DNA of 30,126 nt from assembly GCA_040904565.1 (NCBI GenBank), contig JBBDTI010000026.1:13728-43853 (forward strand), written 5' to 3'. This DNA is from Rhodothermales bacterium. GTDB taxonomy: Bacteria > Bacteroidota > Rhodothermia > Rhodothermales > VXPQ01. The translations under genes were made by a program, and so were the position numbers. Numbering within the stretch: position 1 is the stretch's first letter; every line of letters starts with the position of its first letter. Below the pieces are notes generated by a model. It ran no database searches, was not told the origin of the DNA, and saw only the letters and a program-made list of their open reading frames with translations. Positions 1-8,249 of this stretch are shown here, in pieces.

Positions 1-501
1 ATGAACGAACCCGTCGGTGACGCTATACGGGGCATCCTGGATGGACACATCGTGCTCTCGCGAAAGCTGGCGCACGCCAATCACTTTCCGGCAATCGACG
101 TACTCGAAAGCATTAGCCGCGTCATGCCGCGAGTAACGTCCGACGATGCTCGATCTGCCGCCGGCGAAGCACGCAGCCTCCTGGCCGCCTATCGTGACGC
201 AGAGGATCTCATTCGCGTCGGCGCCTACCAGAAGGGTACGAATCCGGAGACGGATCGAGCCGTTACGGCCATCGATCCCCTTCGCGGCTTCCTGCAGCAG
301 TCCGTCCACGAAGAACCTACCCGAAATCCGTCGGAGCAGCTCGCTGAACTTCTGGCCACGATACCTGAGACAAAGCCCCAGGAGGCTGCGGCAAATCCTG
401 CCGCCGACCAGAATCGGATGCCTGATGCCGGCACCGGACCATCGGCCATCCCCGTCCTGAGGAATCCCGCTCATACGCTAGACCTCCCGATAGACGACTG
501 A
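1..501 (+). CDS. fliI: Flagellar export ATPase FliI, 3' portion (gene starts upstream of the window)
   Basis: MNEPVGDAIRGILDGHIVLSRKLAHANHFPAIDVLESISRVM and DLIRVGAYQKG are FliI/YscN C-terminal motifs; directly upstream of fliJ. Confidence 0.95.
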   Translation: MNEPVGDAIRGILDGHIVLSRKLAHANHFPAIDVLESISRVMPRVTSDDARSAAGEARSLLAAYRDAEDLIRVGAYQKGTNPETDRAVTAIDPLRGFLQQSVHEEPTRNPSEQLAELLATIPETKPQEAAANPAADQNRMPDAGTGPSAIPVLRNPAHTLDLPIDD

Positions 502-523
502 CGACGTCTACCCGTAGACGGTT

Positions 524-539
524 TGGCCGACATTTTGCA
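524..539 (+). promoter_or_regulatory. Putative sigma54 (-24/-12) promoter upstream of fliJ
   Basis: TGGCCGACATTTTGCA: GG-N10-GC with TTGCA at -12, about 60 nt before the fliJ ATG. Confidence 0.6.
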
Positions 540-601
540 GGCACCCGCAGTCCCACATTGACGCCATCCGCCTTCTTTAATCTTTTGAGCACTACATCCA
601 C

Positions 602-1057
602 ATGGGTGGTAAGAAATTTCGCTTCTCGCTCGACAGTGTGCTCCGGCTTCGGTCCCACGAAGTCGAGTGCGCCCGGCAGGACCTGGCACAGATACGTCAC
701 GACGTGCGACAGCAGGAACGCGTCCTCGAGAATGCCGAGACCGCCCTCCACGAAGTGGTCGCCCATCAGACCACCGGTCCGACCGGCCAGCGATCGCTGG
801 CTCGGAGCGAGGCGCACCGCCAGGCAGCCCACGCACGCGTCCGAAAGGAACGACGTAAGCTCGACCAGCTTCGCGAACGAGAAGAGGAAGCTCGGCTGAC
901 CCTGATGCAGCGAAAGGGTGCCGAAGAAACCTTCCGACATTTAGAGGAAAAGGAACGCGCTTCATTCTGGAAGGAAAACCGATCGGCAGAGTCGGAACAG
1001 CTCGACGAGCAGGCCATCACGGGCTTCCAACGCCAGCGACGCGCCGCTAACCAATGA
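602..1057 (+). CDS. fliJ: Flagellar export protein FliJ
   Basis: N-terminal KKFRFSLDSVLRLR, coiled coil, C-terminal EQLDEQA; 151 aa; follows fliI. Confidence 0.9.
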   Translation: MGGKKFRFSLDSVLRLRSHEVECARQDLAQIRHDVRQQERVLENAETALHEVVAHQTTGPTGQRSLARSEAHRQAAHARVRKERRKLDQLREREEEARLTLMQRKGAEETFRHLEEKERASFWKENRSAESEQLDEQAITGFQRQRRAANQ

Positions 1058-1704
1058 AGAGAGCAATCATCCTCACGGCCATAGGCCTCCTTTGCTTCGT
1101 GCTCGGGATCGTCGGCATCTACCTTGCGATGCCGTCTCTCGCGCCGGACCGGGTAGACGCCACCCGCGCGCGGCTGGACAGCCTCGGACTCCTCCAGAGC
1201 GGAGATTCGACGTTCGTCGGTGAAGCACTGCCCGATACGCTTCGGCCGGACTCTTCCGCCGTAGACTCCATCAACACGACCGCACCTCCAACTCCCCAAG
1301 ACATCATACAAGGGCTGCAAGACTCTATCAGCGTCTCGAATAATCTAATCCGTGACCTCCAGGCTGATACTACTGAGCTGCGAGGTCGCCTCGGCGAGCT
1401 GCTTGCGCAGGTCGACGAGCTAACCGAGAAAGATATCGAGGCAACCGAACTGAGTCAGTCCGTGACGAAGCTCGATGCCAAACAATTAGGCAATATTCTT
1501 GCGGGACTTGATCTCAACACCGTTCAGCTGCTCTACGAGAAGGCTTCGGCGCGCGATCGCACTAAACTTCTCGAATCCATGAATCCGGAGCAAGCCGCGC
1601 GATTCGTGAGCACGCTCGTCAGGGGAGAGCCGCCCGATGAAGCCGAGACGGATGCACCCGCTGAGAACCCGGACACGCCGGCCGATCCAACCGATCCTAC
1701 CTAG
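1054..1704 (+). CDS. MotE/FlbB/YlxF-like flagellar membrane-anchored protein (MgtE-N-like C-terminus)
   Basis: One N-terminal hydrophobic helix, a coiled coil, then repeated helical pattern KLDAKQLGNIL...KLLESMNPEQAARF; position between fliJ and fliK; ATGA-type overlap with fliJ. Confidence 0.7.
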   Translation: MKRAIILTAIGLLCFVLGIVGIYLAMPSLAPDRVDATRARLDSLGLLQSGDSTFVGEALPDTLRPDSSAVDSINTTAPPTPQDIIQGLQDSISVSNNLIRDLQADTTELRGRLGELLAQVDELTEKDIEATELSQSVTKLDAKQLGNILAGLDLNTVQLLYEKASARDRTKLLESMNPEQAARFVSTLVRGEPPDEAETDAPAENPDTPADPTDPT

Positions 1705-1713
1705 TAACACGCT

Positions 1714-4017
1714 ATGCAACTGAATACCCTGTTTGACTTTCTGGGAAAATCCTTCATTCCCCAGGGCGATGAGACGGCAAAGAATGCCGGATCGGGGGAA
1801 CCGTCCGGCGGATTCGGATCGGCCCTCGCCGCCGCTCTCGGATTTTCTACGCCGGGCAGCGGCGCGGCGACAGACGCCGACGCTGTCAGCGACGACGGCA
1901 CGGCTGATGACGGCCTCCTGGACGGACTATCCCTCGAGATCGCATCTGCAGAGGCTTCCTCTGAAGGAGCCGGCGAAGAGAACGACGCTAATCCATCGAA
2001 GCTGGTACTGTCCGATGCAGACGTCGCCATTGAAGCGGCGTCGGCCGATGTCGCATCCGAGAACCAACTCCAGAACTCGTCTCTTCATCCGGATGCATCA
2101 TCGGTATCTGAATCGGACGCCCTGGCGAGCGGTTCCGGGACGGACGCCGCCGGATCGGATCTATCCGCTGAGGCCGGTGCATCGTCCGCAGGCGATAGCT
2201 CGATTTCCCCGGAGGCCGAACGCGGGACGGCACCCTCGGCGAATTCCGCATCACATTCCGCAGCGAATTCCCCAGCGAATGCCTCATCTAATTTCTCAGC
2301 GAATGCCGAGATGGATGACGCATCACCGAACGAGGCGTCATCGAACGGAACAGGAACGAACCCCACAAGGGCATCGGAGAACCTCCCCGCATCGGGGGCC
2401 GCGACGCAGGGGCAGGCATCCCATCCACCACGAGAGGTCGCGGCCGGTGACGGCCCGACCCCGGATGCACCCTCTGACGAAGCGGCTTCCGCCGATGCCC
2501 TTTCTCTTGCTGACGAACGTACGGCCGCGCACGACTCTTCGGACAATATGCCTTCGAGCGACACGCGCCAGGCCGGCACCGATCGGCCGGCGTCAGGCGG
2601 CGCGACGTCTCCCGCCGCGTCTGAATGGCCGGAAAACGGTAATCATGGCCGTACGACGCAGGCCGGGGGAGGGAGCACCTCTTCCGGTGACGCTCCCTCT
2701 TCGGAGACGCCCGACGCATCGGGCTCCGGGACGGTGTCAAACGCTCCGAACGAAGCCGGGCCCTCGAACGGTTCGGCGCAGGCAGCGTCGACGCTCGGAC
2801 AGCCGAATCAGGCAACGTCGGCGCAGGGACCGGCGGCGCAAACAGAACCTACGCGTACCCGCGGCGCAGAGCCGGCGACGGCAGCGCCCGAATCGTCTGC
2901 CCGTCCGGGTAACGCCCCCGGACCGGCCACCACGGAACCCGGCGGTTCGATCGATTCCGCGTCTTCGCGTGATCTTCCGTCGGAGCCCCCTCGGTCCACG
3001 CCGAATGACACGCTCCGGTCGGCCTCCGCGCGCACCGACGGGCAGTCAGAGCACGGCACGCAGGCCGGTACGGCAACGCAGCCGTCGTCGACCGGTGTGA
3101 CGCCGGAAAGCGCGATGCCGGACGGCGCGGTACAGGACGACGCTTCCGTCGATCCCCGGCCTTCAGAAACCACGGCCGGCTCAGATCAAGCGGATGTGGA
3201 GGGCGTCGATCCCGACGCAGCAGCCGAGATGGCAGCCCGAAATGGGGACGAGCGCCCCCTCCGCTCGAATCGCGCGGACGGCCAAGCCGATCGTAAGAAC
3301 GGCGTCTCTCCATCAGTTGCCGCCTCGCAGGGGCAGCAATCATTCTCCGATCAACAGTCGGGCAGCTTCTCGAACGCCAGAGATCAACAGCTGGCACCAC
3401 GTCCGCAAGACCAGGGTAGTCAGGCTGTAGATGCCACCGATTTTCAGGATGCGCTCGACGAACGACCCGCCGACGAGCCCCTCGTCACGTCACAGGCCGA
3501 AGAAACCGCATTCACTCCAGAACAGAAGAGCTCACCGGCGAGCGTGTTCTCCCTGGATGCGGCGCAGAGTTCCTCGCGTGCCCGGACGACGGGCACCATG
3601 GCATGGCTTCGCTCCCTCCTGGCCCAATCGACCCGCTCACTTTCTCTATCGCAGGGGTGGAAATCCATCGAGGTACAGCTTGAGGACGGTATGGGCACCA
3701 TGACGGTCAGAGCGCGTCGCGGCGACGACGGCGTCGCCGTGTCGGTGCATTTCAGCGACCCCAACCTGCGATCCCTCGCCGAAACGAACGTGCAGCGTCT
3801 CCAGGAAGCGCTCCGGTCCGAATACGAAGCCAACGTCGACCTCTCCCTGATGAGCGACGGGTCCACCGACACGCCCGACCGCCAGAACCCGTCCGGTTCA
3901 GACCGTCGAAACCTGCGGTCTATTCTTCCCGACGCTCTCCCGGGCGAGGTATTGCCCGAATCCGGTGCGCCCACGCGTCCGACCCTCGCGGGCGCCCGCA
4001 ACGAATGGATCGGCTGA
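1714..4017 (+). CDS. fliK: Flagellar hook-length control protein FliK
   Basis: Long A/S/P/G/D-rich disordered region plus C-terminal domain (SIEVQLEDGMGTMTVRAR...VSVHFSDPNLRSLAETNVQRLQEAL); directly upstream of flgD. Confidence 0.85.
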   Translation: MQLNTLFDFLGKSFIPQGDETAKNAGSGEPSGGFGSALAAALGFSTPGSGAATDADAVSDDGTADDGLLDGLSLEIASAEASSEGAGEENDANPSKLVLSDADVAIEAASADVASENQLQNSSLHPDASSVSESDALASGSGTDAAGSDLSAEAGASSAGDSSISPEAERGTAPSANSASHSAANSPANASSNFSANAEMDDASPNEASSNGTGTNPTRASENLPASGAATQGQASHPPREVAAGDGPTPDAPSDEAASADALSLADERTAAHDSSDNMPSSDTRQAGTDRPASGGATSPAASEWPENGNHGRTTQAGGGSTSSGDAPSSETPDASGSGTVSNAPNEAGPSNGSAQAASTLGQPNQATSAQGPAAQTEPTRTRGAEPATAAPESSARPGNAPGPATTEPGGSIDSASSRDLPSEPPRSTPNDTLRSASARTDGQSEHGTQAGTATQPSSTGVTPESAMPDGAVQDDASVDPRPSETTAGSDQADVEGVDPDAAAEMAARNGDERPLRSNRADGQADRKNGVSPSVAASQGQQSFSDQQSGSFSNARDQQLAPRPQDQGSQAVDATDFQDALDERPADEPLVTSQAEETAFTPEQKSSPASVFSLDAAQSSSRARTTGTMAWLRSLLAQSTRSLSLSQGWKSIEVQLEDGMGTMTVRARRGDDGVAVSVHFSDPNLRSLAETNVQRLQEALRSEYEANVDLSLMSDGSTDTPDRQNPSGSDRRNLRSILPDALPGEVLPESGAPTRPTLAGARNEWIG
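2236..2307 (+). repeat. Degenerate 12-bp tandem repeat, 6 copies, within fliK
   Basis: tcggcgaattcc|gcatcacattcc|gcagcgaattcc|ccagcgaatgcc|tcatctaatttc|tcagcgaatgcc, encoding SANS-ASHS-AANS-PANA-SSNF-SANA. Confidence 0.75.
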
Positions 4018-4062
4018 CCGCATTCCAACCTACCACTCTCTAAACATGCAGCGAGCCAGACC

Positions 4063-4749
4063 ATGACTGGACTAGGAATACCGAGCGCCTTCGCCGAACA
4101 GGCCGGCGCATCGACCGACACGAAAGCAACCGCTCCGGGTGGGGCGTTGGGTAGGGACGAGTTTTTGCAATTGCTCGTAACCCAGCTTGCCAACCAGGAT
4201 CCGATGAATCCGATGGACGGGCAGGAATTCGCGGCGCAGCTCGCCCAGTTCACGTCCGTCGAGCAACTGGTGAACATCAGCGACGTGCTCGCACAGAACG
4301 GCGAGATGAACGGGATGCTGGCTCAAAGCATTAACAGCGGCGTCGCCGCGGGCCTCATCGGTAAGTCCATCGAGGCCGGAGGCAACACGGTTGCGTGGAA
4401 CGGAAGCGACCCGGCCGAAATGAAATTCGAGCTGGCATCGAGTGCCCAGAACGTCAAGATCACGATCAAAGACTCCGCGGGCATAACGGTGCGCGAACTT
4501 GAGATCGGCGGCCGGGCCGCCGGCAAGCAGACGTTTGAATGGGACGGCGCGACGAACCAGGGGCATGCGGCCACCACCGGCTCCTACACGTTCGACGTAG
4601 CCGCCGTCGACCCGTCGGGCAGCGCCGTCGACGTACGCACCTACACCCAGGGAACGGTCGATCGGATCACCTTCGGACAGGACGGCATCAGCATCTGGAT
4701 TGGAGGATACTCCGTTCCGATGAGCGAAGTATCCAGCGTGCAGGACTGA
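4063..4749 (+). CDS. flgD: Flagellar hook capping protein FlgD
   Basis: LGRDEFLQLLVTQLANQDPMNPMDGQEFAAQLAQFTSVEQ signature; FlgD Ig-like domain (FEWDG...GSYTFDV). Confidence 0.97.
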   Translation: MTGLGIPSAFAEQAGASTDTKATAPGGALGRDEFLQLLVTQLANQDPMNPMDGQEFAAQLAQFTSVEQLVNISDVLAQNGEMNGMLAQSINSGVAAGLIGKSIEAGGNTVAWNGSDPAEMKFELASSAQNVKITIKDSAGITVRELEIGGRAAGKQTFEWDGATNQGHAATTGSYTFDVAAVDPSGSAVDVRTYTQGTVDRITFGQDGISIWIGGYSVPMSEVSSVQD

Positions 4750-4911
4750 CGCGACGATCGACGTCCGCCTTCAACCCGAACACGGCGCACGACGCCGTTG
4801 GCTCGACCAGACCGAACACCAGAAAAGACATGGCAGGAGACATCACCGTAGAAACGACGGCAGACATCACAGTCGGCACCATCAACCAACCCGGGCACCA
4901 TCCGGAATCAC

Positions 4912-5307
4912 ATGACCGTACGCGAATTAGCAGCCCGCATCGATACGGGCCAGACATCGCGACCGTCCGGCGCCCCGCCGGCACGGCACGGCGAGCTGCA
5001 GCGCAGCTCGCAGTTCGCCGAAGAGCTCCGCAGGGCACGAGAGCAGGAAGCCGCAGGCTTCAAACTCTCCGCACACGCCCGCGAGCGCATCGAACAGCGG
5101 GGCATCTCGCTGAATGCGTCCGAGCAGCGATCGCTGAACGAGGCCATCCAGCAGCTCGAGGAAAAGGGATCCAAGGATGCCCTCCTCCTCCGCTCCGACG
5201 CCGCCTTCGTCGTGAACGTGCCCTCGCGCACGGTCGTGACGGCCGTCGAGACCAACGCCCTCAGGGAGCGCGTCTTCACGCAGATTGACAGCGCCCTGAT
5301 GCTCTAA
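4912..5307 (+). CDS. Flagellar operon protein, TIGR02530-like, function unknown
   Basis: LSAHARERIEQRGI...KGSKDALLL...AFVVNVPSRTVVTA...VFTQIDSA; the family's typical flgD-X-flgE position. Confidence 0.88.
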   Translation: MTVRELAARIDTGQTSRPSGAPPARHGELQRSSQFAEELRRAREQEAAGFKLSAHARERIEQRGISLNASEQRSLNEAIQQLEEKGSKDALLLRSDAAFVVNVPSRTVVTAVETNALRERVFTQIDSALML

Positions 5308-5334
5308 ACCGAACAAGAAACAACAACCGAACTA

Positions 5335-5405
5335 CCGGCGGGACCCACGTCCAGTCCACCTGAGACACGGGACGCCGGACCGCAGCCGACCGACCGACGC
5401 TGCGG
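5335..5405 (+). promoter_or_regulatory. Candidate cis-regulatory structured RNA (two hairpins) in the flgE leader
   Basis: ccggcg(5335-40) pairs with cgccgg(5373-78) around a GGA/A internal loop and an extended inner stem; ccgcagc(5380-86) pairs with gctgcgg(5399-5405) around loop CGACCGACCGAC; no U-tract; SD-like agagg at 5421-25. Confidence 0.55.
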
Positions 5406-5431
5406 CCCATCGAAAACCACAGAGGTATATT

Positions 5432-6781
5432 ATGATTCGTTCTCTTCGAACCGGCGTCACGGGACTCCAGACCAACCAGGTCAAAATGGACGTGACCGGT
5501 AACAACGTCGCCAACGTCAACACGCTGGCCTTCAAGCGCGGCCGCGCCGCCTTCAACGAACTCCTCGGCCAGCAGCTGCTCGGCGTCGGCCGTCTTGCCG
5601 GCGGCTCGGGGGTCAACCCGGCGTACGTCGGACTCGGTGTCGCCGTCGGATCCATCGACCAGAACTGGACCCAGGGCGCCATCGAAAACACGAACCGCGC
5701 CACGGACCTCGCCATGAACGGCGACGGCTTCTTCATCGCCCGCAGCGCCATTGGCAACGTCCTCACGCGTGCCGGCAATTTCAGCTTCAACCGCCACGGC
5801 GAGTTCGTGACCTCCAACGGGCTCCCCGTCCAGGGCTGGTCCTTCGACGACAACGGCAACGTCGTGACGGGTATTCTGAAGGACATCAAGATCGACCAGG
5901 CGTCGACGACGCCGGCCCAGGCGACGCAGAATATCCTGGTCGGCGGGAATTTCGATAACGATCTGCCGACGGACAGCATCAAGGTGATCTCGACACCGGT
6001 CTTCGATGCGGGCGGTAACGCTCGAGACATTCAGATCCGATTCGAGAAGCTGACAAGTATCGGTGACGGCGGTTCTCCAGTTTCCCACTGGCAGGGAACG
6101 ATCCTGGATTCGAGCGGTGCTGAAGTCCAAAACGCAGCCAATGAAATTCCTGCAGACCAGGATCCCGATGGTGATACCGTTCTAACCGGGCCTCTCGATC
6201 TCTATTTTGACAATACGGGATCACTAGTGAAAGATAACGCTGGAACACCGTTTGACCCGGATACCGACACGGATCAGACATATACTTTCCAGTGGGACAT
6301 GCAGGGCGGCGGCAACGATACCGACATGACCCTCAACTTTGGCGGCGTAGAACGCGCCAACGCCGTCACGTCCTACGCGGCCTCCCAAACGCTGGCCATC
6401 ACGGAGCAGGACGGCTATCAGTCCGGCACGCTGATCGGCAACGCCATCAACCAGGAAGGCATCCTGGAGCTGAATTACAGCAACGGCCAGCAGATCAAGG
6501 CGTACCAGCTCGCGGTCGGACAGGTAAGCAACCCGCACGGGCTCGAGCAGCGCGGCGATAACTTCTTCGGCCTCACGACGGCCTCCGGGGAGCTCAGTCT
6601 CCGGCAGGCGGGCCGGAATTCCGGTACGGTCGTCATCTCGGGCGCGCTCGAAATGAGCAACGTTGACCTGGCCTCCGAATTCACCGACATGATCGTGGCG
6701 CAGCGCGGCTTCCAGGCCTCCGCGCGCGTAATCACGACCTCCGACGAGCTGTTGCAGGAGACTGTGCAGCTCAAGCGATAA
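5432..6781 (+). CDS. flgE: Flagellar hook protein FlgE
   Basis: MIRSLRTGVTGL...NNVANVNT, DLAMNGDGFF, TRAGNF, GALEMSNVDLASEFTDMIVAQRGFQASARVITTSDELLQE; 449 aa; follows flgD. Confidence 0.97.
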   Translation: MIRSLRTGVTGLQTNQVKMDVTGNNVANVNTLAFKRGRAAFNELLGQQLLGVGRLAGGSGVNPAYVGLGVAVGSIDQNWTQGAIENTNRATDLAMNGDGFFIARSAIGNVLTRAGNFSFNRHGEFVTSNGLPVQGWSFDDNGNVVTGILKDIKIDQASTTPAQATQNILVGGNFDNDLPTDSIKVISTPVFDAGGNARDIQIRFEKLTSIGDGGSPVSHWQGTILDSSGAEVQNAANEIPADQDPDGDTVLTGPLDLYFDNTGSLVKDNAGTPFDPDTDTDQTYTFQWDMQGGGNDTDMTLNFGGVERANAVTSYAASQTLAITEQDGYQSGTLIGNAINQEGILELNYSNGQQIKAYQLAVGQVSNPHGLEQRGDNFFGLTTASGELSLRQAGRNSGTVVISGALEMSNVDLASEFTDMIVAQRGFQASARVITTSDELLQETVQLKR

Positions 6782-6818
6782 GCATCACTGACATCGCGTG
6801 ATACATTAAGTAGGTCTG

Positions 6819-6852
6819 AAAGGCCCCGCATCGAACGATGCGGGGCCTTTTT
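6819..6852 (+). terminator. Rho-independent terminator after flgE
   Basis: aaaggccccgcatcg-aa-cgatgcggggccttt perfect inverted repeat ending in a T-run. Confidence 0.9.
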
Positions 6853-6904
6853 CGTATGTCGCGGCCCCGCCCCATTCGCGCGGCAACCGCTTACTGAACC
6901 GACT

Positions 6905-6937
6905 GCTTAAGCACGGCCATTTCCCGACGATACTTCG
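6905..6937 (+). promoter_or_regulatory. Putative sigma28 (FliA) promoter upstream of HEAT-che cassette
   Basis: GCTTAA-N15-GACGATACTTCG, resembling TAAA-N15-GCCGATAA; same boxes recur at 10865 and 23812. Confidence 0.7.
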
Positions 6938-7043
6938 TAGAGCGGGCTGTCGCCCAGGACGTGGGCCGGCAGCATCGCACCCGGGCCGCCCGGGATGCGC
7001 CTCCTCGCTTTCGAGACGTGCCACGAGGGAAAACGACATACCC

Positions 7044-7724
7044 ATGGGATCATTATTCAACCACATCACCAGCCGCCATTTCGCCGCGCAGCTCAACCGA
7101 GAGGATTCCTCCGAGCGCCTCGAGCTTCTGGAAGCGCTCGAGGCCCGGGGCGATGCCGAACTCCTGGTCAAGAAGGCGCTCGCCCTCCTCTCCGACGAGG
7201 ACGACCGGGTGCGTCTCCGTGCGTCCGAAGCCATCGCGGGCGTCGGGACGAAAGAAGCGGCCGAGGCCACGATCGACGCCTGGGACACGTTCGATGAGGT
7301 CGCCCTCGACGCGGCCGTAGACGCTCTCGCCGGCATCGGCCGGCCTGTCGTGGTCGCTACTCGAAAGCAGCTCGCACACAGCGACGGAGCCGTCCGAGCG
7401 GCCGCAGCCACCGTCCTCGGACGCGTAGATGCCCGCACGGTCGTGCCCGACCTCGCAAGAGGCCTTGGCGACCCCGATGCGCGCGTGGTACGGGCTTCGG
7501 CACGCGCCCTGGGCCGCCTCAAGGCGGAGCGGTGCCTGGAAGATCTCTCCGTCGTGTATCGGCGGAAACCGGAATGCCGCGCGGCCGTCGTGGAGGCGCT
7601 CGAATCGATCGGTACGCCCGCCGCGGTGCGCCGGCTTACGGCGGCGCTCGACGATCCGGACGAGGCCATCCGCCATCGGGCCGAAGCCGCCATCGCGCGT
7701 CTCCGGTCCGACCAGACCTCCTGA
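7044..7724 (+). CDS. HEAT/PBS-lyase-like repeat protein
   Basis: Repeats LSDEDDRVRLRASEAI, LAHSDGAVRAAAATVLG, LGDPDARVVRASARALG, LDDPDEAIRHRAEAAI. Confidence 0.9.
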   Translation: MGSLFNHITSRHFAAQLNREDSSERLELLEALEARGDAELLVKKALALLSDEDDRVRLRASEAIAGVGTKEAAEATIDAWDTFDEVALDAAVDALAGIGRPVVVATRKQLAHSDGAVRAAAATVLGRVDARTVVPDLARGLGDPDARVVRASARALGRLKAERCLEDLSVVYRRKPECRAAVVEALESIGTPAAVRRLTAALDDPDEAIRHRAEAAIARLRSDQTS

Positions 7725-7777
7725 AACTCGGCGCGGTGCCGTCTGGCCGTGAAGTCCGAACGACCGCACACGCCGAT

Positions 7778-7804
7778 TTCAGAATTCCCGCGCACACCCG
7801 ATAC
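7778..7804 (+). promoter_or_regulatory. Possible weaker sigma28 promoter upstream of cheY
   Basis: TTCA-N15-CCCGATAC, same spacing as the other boxes. Confidence 0.4.
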
Positions 7805-7867
7805 CTAGTACGAAACGAAGTCGCTCGCGACCGTTCCACCAGCACGTATCCCAATCCAGGACTCGTC

Positions 7868-8236
7868 ATGAAGTTCTTAGTCGTCGACGACTCACCGACG
7901 ATGCGCCGCATTATCAGTAATTCGCTCCGGGACATCGGGTATACCGAGCTCCAGGAAGCGGAAGACGGACTGCAAGCCATCGAGACACTCAATGTGATGC
8001 CGATCGACTTCGTCATCACGGACTGGAATATGCCCAACATGAACGGGCTCGCGCTGACCAAAGCCATCCGGTCGAAATCGGACCTGGAGGACCTTCCGAT
8101 CCTCATGATCACCACGCGTGGAATGCAGGAAGACGTGATCGCGGCCATGCATGCCAAGGTCAATAACTACATCGTGAAGCCCTTTGCACCGGGCGTCCTG
8201 CGCGAAAAGATCGATACTATCCTCAAAACCGCCTGA
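7868..8236 (+). CDS. cheY: Chemotaxis response regulator CheY
   Basis: MKFLVVDDSPTMRRI...TDWNMPNMNG...MITTRG...YIVKPF; stand-alone receiver; start at ATG 7868 rather than 7532 in the ORF track. Confidence 0.93.
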   Translation: MKFLVVDDSPTMRRIISNSLRDIGYTELQEAEDGLQAIETLNVMPIDFVITDWNMPNMNGLALTKAIRSKSDLEDLPILMITTRGMQEDVIAAMHAKVNNYIVKPFAPGVLREKIDTILKTA

Positions 8237-8249
8237 CGGGTATAGCCGG

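Noticed and set aside
1733-3100. 455-aa Arg/Pro-rich ORF overlapping fliK
   Set aside because: Alternative-frame shadow of a GC-rich low-complexity gene; no recognisable domain.
4539-5288. 249-aa ORF spanning flgD and the TIGR02530-like gene (includes MAGDITVETTADITV)
   Set aside because: Overlaps two well-supported genes out of frame; its repeat only reflects the intergenic DNA repeat.
5380-5405. flgE leader hairpin as an intrinsic terminator or CRISPR-like repeat
   Set aside because: No U-tract follows, and there is no repeat-spacer array; kept as a candidate cis-RNA instead.
7532-7867. N-terminal extension of CheY in the ORF track
   Set aside because: Overlaps the HEAT gene; the receiver domain starts cleanly at ATG 7868.
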